Below, in pieces: positions 27,978-32,000 of a DNA stretch of 32,000 nt. Positions within the stretch are counted from its first letter, which is position 1, and the number at the start of each line of letters is the position of its first letter. This DNA is from Candidatus Heimdallarchaeota archaeon (GTDB taxonomy: Archaea > Asgardarchaeota > Heimdallarchaeia > Heimdallarchaeales > Kariarchaeaceae). A program made the translations under genes and the position numbers. The notes beneath the pieces were generated by a model, which saw only the letters and a program-made list of their open reading frames with translations, ran no database searches and was not told the DNA's origin. The stretch spans positions 510,001 to 542,000 of the forward strand of contig JASBSB010000006.1 of assembly GCA_030149205.1 (NCBI GenBank), written 5' to 3'.

Positions 27978-28616
27978 GTGAAAGCAGAGTTACACCTTCA
28001 TTCAGAGTATTCATGGGATAGCATGGTAAAGATCAAAGATTATGTTTCCCGTGCTGAAGAACTGAAGTTTGGCGTTATCTCAATCACTGACCATAACAAT
28101 ACAGAGAGTCATCAAACAATTGAGAAAATACAGGAAGAGACAGAAGTTTTGCTTATTCCAGGTCAGGAGGTTTCAACAACAGAGGGTCATCTATTAGTTT
28201 ATGGGTGGGTACCCCAAGTTCCAAAAAACTATACCATGAAAGAATCTGTCGAGTTTGTCAGAGATGAGTCAAAGGAGGTGCTATGTATAGCCGCACATCC
28301 CTTTGACAGATTTCGCAGTGGTCATGGACTTCGGATATTTGAATCTGGCATAGATGGTGTGGAAATACTGAACGCTTCAACCTGGTTAAATTACTTTAAT
28401 ACACTTTCAAATAATGCCTCTAAAGGTATTTTTCAGTATAGGCTGGCAAATTCTGATGCACACAGGTTAAGTGAATTTGGCACAGCTTGGAATGAAATAA
28501 AAGAAGCTGAAAGTATGACTGAGGTTTTCCAAAATCTTAAGGCTGGAGAAATTAACGGAGGAATTATTGGGGTTAAGAGAAAATTATATCGATTTTTAAG
28601 AAGAAAAGTTATTTAA
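27978..28616 (+). CDS. PHP-family metal-dependent phosphoesterase
   Basis: GTG start. HLHSEYS.D, ITDHN, GQEVST..GH, AHP, NSDAH. Confidence 0.92.
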   Translation: MKAELHLHSEYSWDSMVKIKDYVSRAEELKFGVISITDHNNTESHQTIEKIQEETEVLLIPGQEVSTTEGHLLVYGWVPQVPKNYTMKESVEFVRDESKEVLCIAAHPFDRFRSGHGLRIFESGIDGVEILNASTWLNYFNTLSNNASKGIFQYRLANSDAHRLSEFGTAWNEIKEAESMTEVFQNLKAGEINGGIIGVKRKLYRFLRRKVI

Positions 28617-28681
28617 TGAACCTATGTCCCTTGAGAGATTTAGTGAAGTTCTTAAATTCACAAACAATTATTTCTTAAGAT

Positions 28682-30649
28682 ATGGTTTCTATTGAACAAA
28701 TCAGAAATGTAAGTATTATTTCTCATGTGGATCATGGAAAAACAACACTCAGTGATTACCTGTTAGGAATCGGTGGAAAAGTTCCAAAGAAGCTCATGGG
28801 AGAACTTCGTGCATTGGATGATATGGAAGAGGAGCAAAGCAGAGGTATTACAATAGAAACCAGTTTAGCATCCTTAAACCTGACATACAACGATGAGCCA
28901 GTGGAAATAAACCTAATTGACACACCTGGACATGTAGACTTTTCTGGAAAGGTTGCAGAAGCCTTGAGGCTGGTCGATGGCAGTATTGTCTTAGTAGATT
29001 CAGTCGAAGGAGTGATGGCTCAGACACAAACGGTATTAAGACAAGCAATGGCAGAACACATTATCCCTATCTTGTTAATTAATAAAATTGACAGATTAAT
29101 AATAGAGTTAGAATTGCCATTGGAACAGATTCAGAGTCGAATACAACGAATTGTTTTCCAAGTTAACCAGATTCTAAAGGATCATGAATTTCCTGGAATG
29201 GTTAAACCTAATTTTAATAAAGGTTCCATTATTCTGGCTTCTGCAATTGATGGATGGGGAATTAATCATAAAATTACGGAAACGTCTACCAAAAATATTA
29301 AAGATGTAAAAGAACTCTACCTTGCTGGAAAGAAGGATGAACTAAAAGAGTTATTTCCCCTGGGGGAAGTTCTTGTTCAATCGATATTCGATAACCTTCC
29401 AAACCCACTTGCAGCACTTAAATTAAAATTTCCAGATTTATTATTGGAAGAAACTCCTGACGCAACAAGAGATGAATTTACAAAGGTAATGCATACTGCC
29501 TCAGAAAAAGGTGAAACTGTTTTATTATCCGGAAAGATAGCAAAAGTTGGTAAGTCACAAAGATTTGGTGCGCTTGTTAGAGTAAGCTCAGGCACGGTCT
29601 CAAAAGGAATGAAACTGTATTCCAATGCAACTCAAAAAGTGATTAAGGTGGTTCAAATAGTCAAAATGGTTGGCAATCAAACCTTCTCCATTGATTCAAC
29701 TGCTTTTGGAGAGGTAGTGGCTTTAATTACATCACCACAATTGCACCCCGGAGATGTTATCACTGAGAAGAGGTACAAAGATTTAGCACTAAAAAATATT
29801 AGTTATGTTCAGGAACCTGTTGTAGCTATGCATATAGAACCAAAGCGGATAAAAGATGTCAACAAGCTCCCTGAGCTTTTAGAGTCAATTACTGAGTCAA
29901 CTCCCGGATTGATTTTTGAAATGAACAAAGACACAGGACAATTAACAGTTATAGGTGTAGGAACATTACAGTTAGATATCCTGAAAAAAGAATTAACAAA
30001 GGCTGGGTTAGAAATTGAGGTCACCCCACCAATTGTGCTTAAGTTTGAAATCCCAACAACTTCTGCGGAATTTATTGCTGCATTATGGGATTCTTTCTCT
30101 GTCAAAGCAGGAAATTCAAATCAATGGAAAGACTCATCAAACGATGAGATACTCTATACAGACACTCACCAGAATCAGTTACTGTTGGGTACAACCTTTA
30201 CAATCAATTCTGAAGCGATTTTAGGTATGGTACAGTCATTCAAACAATGTGTAAGGGCTTCTCCTATAACGAATGAGTATATAAAAAACTTAACTGTTCG
30301 TATTGAAGAGCTAAACGATCAAAACCCCTTAAAAACATATGAAGAGGGGATGATATTGATGTTGGGAGTAGTGAGACAGGCATTAGAACAAACTCATGCC
30401 AAGATTCATCTTCCTTATTATCATCTAACAATATCAGTCCCTGAGGATTATGTGGGTAACCTGATCCAAGAATTGCAAAAAAGGTCTGCACAGATTATTG
30501 ACATTTCAGTTAAAGGAAAACTTCAAACTATTAGTTGTATAATGAAATTTGAGGAGGCATTAGATTCTGCTGATGCTTTCAGACATGCAACCGATGGAAA
30601 CGCCTTTTGGAGCTTTAACAACATCGAGTTTCTTCCAGAATTCATATGA
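28682..30649 (+). CDS. Divergent elongation factor 2 paralog (655 aa) lacking the diphthamide loop
   Basis: SHVDHGKTT, RGITI, DTPGHVDF, NKID, SA G-motifs. Domains II, III and V are recognisable. Domain IV is shortened and has no HED.xHRG motif. Confidence 0.85.
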   Translation: MVSIEQIRNVSIISHVDHGKTTLSDYLLGIGGKVPKKLMGELRALDDMEEEQSRGITIETSLASLNLTYNDEPVEINLIDTPGHVDFSGKVAEALRLVDGSIVLVDSVEGVMAQTQTVLRQAMAEHIIPILLINKIDRLIIELELPLEQIQSRIQRIVFQVNQILKDHEFPGMVKPNFNKGSIILASAIDGWGINHKITETSTKNIKDVKELYLAGKKDELKELFPLGEVLVQSIFDNLPNPLAALKLKFPDLLLEETPDATRDEFTKVMHTASEKGETVLLSGKIAKVGKSQRFGALVRVSSGTVSKGMKLYSNATQKVIKVVQIVKMVGNQTFSIDSTAFGEVVALITSPQLHPGDVITEKRYKDLALKNISYVQEPVVAMHIEPKRIKDVNKLPELLESITESTPGLIFEMNKDTGQLTVIGVGTLQLDILKKELTKAGLEIEVTPPIVLKFEIPTTSAEFIAALWDSFSVKAGNSNQWKDSSNDEILYTDTHQNQLLLGTTFTINSEAILGMVQSFKQCVRASPITNEYIKNLTVRIEELNDQNPLKTYEEGMILMLGVVRQALEQTHAKIHLPYYHLTISVPEDYVGNLIQELQKRSAQIIDISVKGKLQTISCIMKFEEALDSADAFRHATDGNAFWSFNNIEFLPEFI

Positions 30650-30658
30650 GGTAATTGA

Positions 30659-31591
30659 ATGAATATTGTGAAATTAAACGAGCTATCCCGAAAATATAAC
30701 ACTGATAAACATGTCGTCAAATCCATGTCTGAAGCGTTAGGTGTAGAAGAGACCGAAAACATTCTAAGGATGCAAAGTTATGAGATTAACAGGACAGCAA
30801 GAGTGAATCTATTGAAAACTACTCGAGAGGAAGCATTAGACCAGTTAGCTGAAGAGGGAATTATAGGTCTTCCTCATAAAGATTTGGAAGAGGCCATAAC
30901 AATCATAGAAAACAAGGAGAGCTTAGGTCATTCTATTTCATATCTTCAAGGATTAGTAACACCACAGGGCTTAGGTTCTATGTTAACTATACATTTACTT
31001 GATCCTAAACCAAATGAAATAATCTTTGACATGGCAGCTGCCCCAGGAGGAAAAACAACCTTCATAGCTGAAAGAATGAAAAACACAGGTCTCGTAATCG
31101 CAAATGATAGATCCTTTCCTAGGTTAAAAGCCCTAATTTCAAATTTAAATCGTCATGGAATCAAAAATACAATTGTCACAAATCAAGACGCGGTTGAAAG
31201 TTCCTACAAGAAAAAGTTCGACAGGGTGTTATTGGATGCTCCTTGTACTGGAGAAGGCTTAGTTGTTTCAAACCCAATGAGAAGAAAATCGAAAAAACCT
31301 GAAGACCCGTACATTCTACAAAGAGTTCAGCAACAATTGCTCAATGCGGCAATTAAAAGTCTGAAACCAGACGGGCAACTGGTCTATTCAACCTGCTCAT
31401 TAAATCAAATAGAAAATGAAGAGGTTTTGGAACCATACCTAAAAAAACTTGAGATAATTAATCTACGCAAGAGTATTAGACCTTATCCAATTGAATCAGA
31501 TGGGATAAAAGGGACAATTAGGCTCTTACCGAGTATTCATAGCTGTGATGGATTTTTCATTGCCTTATTGAAGAAATCTAAGAGATCTTAA
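30659..31591 (+). CDS. RsmB/Nop2 (NOL1) family RNA m5C methyltransferase
   Basis: DMAAAPGGKT, LLDAPCTGEG, YSTCS (both catalytic Cys present), ENE, DGFFIA.L.K. Confidence 0.95.
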   Translation: MNIVKLNELSRKYNTDKHVVKSMSEALGVEETENILRMQSYEINRTARVNLLKTTREEALDQLAEEGIIGLPHKDLEEAITIIENKESLGHSISYLQGLVTPQGLGSMLTIHLLDPKPNEIIFDMAAAPGGKTTFIAERMKNTGLVIANDRSFPRLKALISNLNRHGIKNTIVTNQDAVESSYKKKFDRVLLDAPCTGEGLVVSNPMRRKSKKPEDPYILQRVQQQLLNAAIKSLKPDGQLVYSTCSLNQIENEEVLEPYLKKLEIINLRKSIRPYPIESDGIKGTIRLLPSIHSCDGFFIALLKKSKRS

Positions 31592-31645
31592 CTTTTTACC
31601 CATCGACAAAATAAGAGTTTATCAAATAATTAAATTAGTTAACCC

Positions 31646-31936
31646 ATGAATTCTCCTATATGTCAAACTTGTAATTCACCATTAGAAAAATTATTTTTGA
31701 AAGAAAATCCTTTGAAAAACTATGGCTACTGTACTAAGTGTAATGAGCCGAGTGAATATTCATCTTTTTACATGCGATTTGGATTTGAGGCAACACAAAA
31801 GCAAAATGGTAAAGATTCATTAAATTTAGACGGACATCAACTAATTTGGAAGGATATTGCAGGAGTGGAAAAATATTATTGTGCAACTTGTGATAGCGAA
31901 CTTTTACACAGTCATCATCATCATTACAACACTTAG
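31646..31936 (+). CDS. Small zinc-finger protein with His-rich tail
   Basis: Three CxxC pairs (CQTC, CTKC, CATC) and terminal HSHHHH. Confidence 0.75.
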   Translation: MNSPICQTCNSPLEKLFLKENPLKNYGYCTKCNEPSEYSSFYMRFGFEATQKQNGKDSLNLDGHQLIWKDIAGVEKYYCATCDSELLHSHHHHYNT

Positions 31937-32000
31937 TTCGATAGTATGCTCTTAGCCTGAGCCTTCATTAAAGCAATCATTGATGTTAAACCTGCACTTC
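31933..32000 (-). CDS. C-terminal fragment of a gene entering from beyond the window, SufE-like
   Basis: Manual translation gives (R?)SAGLTSMIALMKAQAKSILSN*; the first codon is cut by the window edge. It resembles the SufE C-terminal helix RSxGLxAMI...A. Only 21 residues plus the stop are fully visible. Confidence 0.45.
   Translation of the reverse strand, partial: SAGLTSMIALMKAQAKSILSN

Noticed and set aside
788-30762. Short shadow ORFs in the track (e.g. 788-997, 1418-1657, 4478-4783, 5284-5487, 6130-6312, 9259-9579, 10761-10958, 12274-12468, 12694-12882, 14101-14343, 14870-15058, 16332-16544, 17106-17291, 17759-17947, 19772-19960, 22913-23149, 23252-23512, 24140-24460, 25661-25879, 26674-26859, 28848-29048, 29377-29625, 29809-30105, 30015-30224, 30264-30491, 30523-30762)
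   Set aside because: They lie mostly or wholly inside or antisense to longer or well-supported genes, and none shows a recognisable motif.

Overview
AT-rich, gene-dense archaeal chromosome segment, most consistent with an Asgard archaeon (probably Heimdallarchaeia; this is inference from marker genes, not a phylogeny). Housekeeping genes: N-terminus of RNA polymerase Rpo1N/A', PAN, TFS, aIF5A, DRG GTPase, PUA protein, solitary A/V-ATPase subunit D, eukaryote-like AglB/STT3, RsmB/Nop2 methyltransferase. Metabolic genes: SerK, proline dehydrogenase, HutH, form III RuBisCO. Features not explained by routine annotation: (i) a tRNA-Gln(UUG) with two BHB introns (37/38 and T-loop 59/60); (ii) a tightly coupled four-gene operon of AAA+ ATPase, vWA protein, unknown protein and HEAT-repeat protein; (iii) a signal peptide-FKBP-TM-cytosolic RING-like zinc finger protein; (iv) an apparently nucleotide-dead Arf-like pseudo-GTPase upstream of rpo1N; (v) a short EF-2 paralog with no diphthamide loop, 9 bp upstream of a Nop2-family methyltransferase. 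I saw no CRISPR array, transposase or integrase. All family calls are by-eye motif recognition; no database searches were run.
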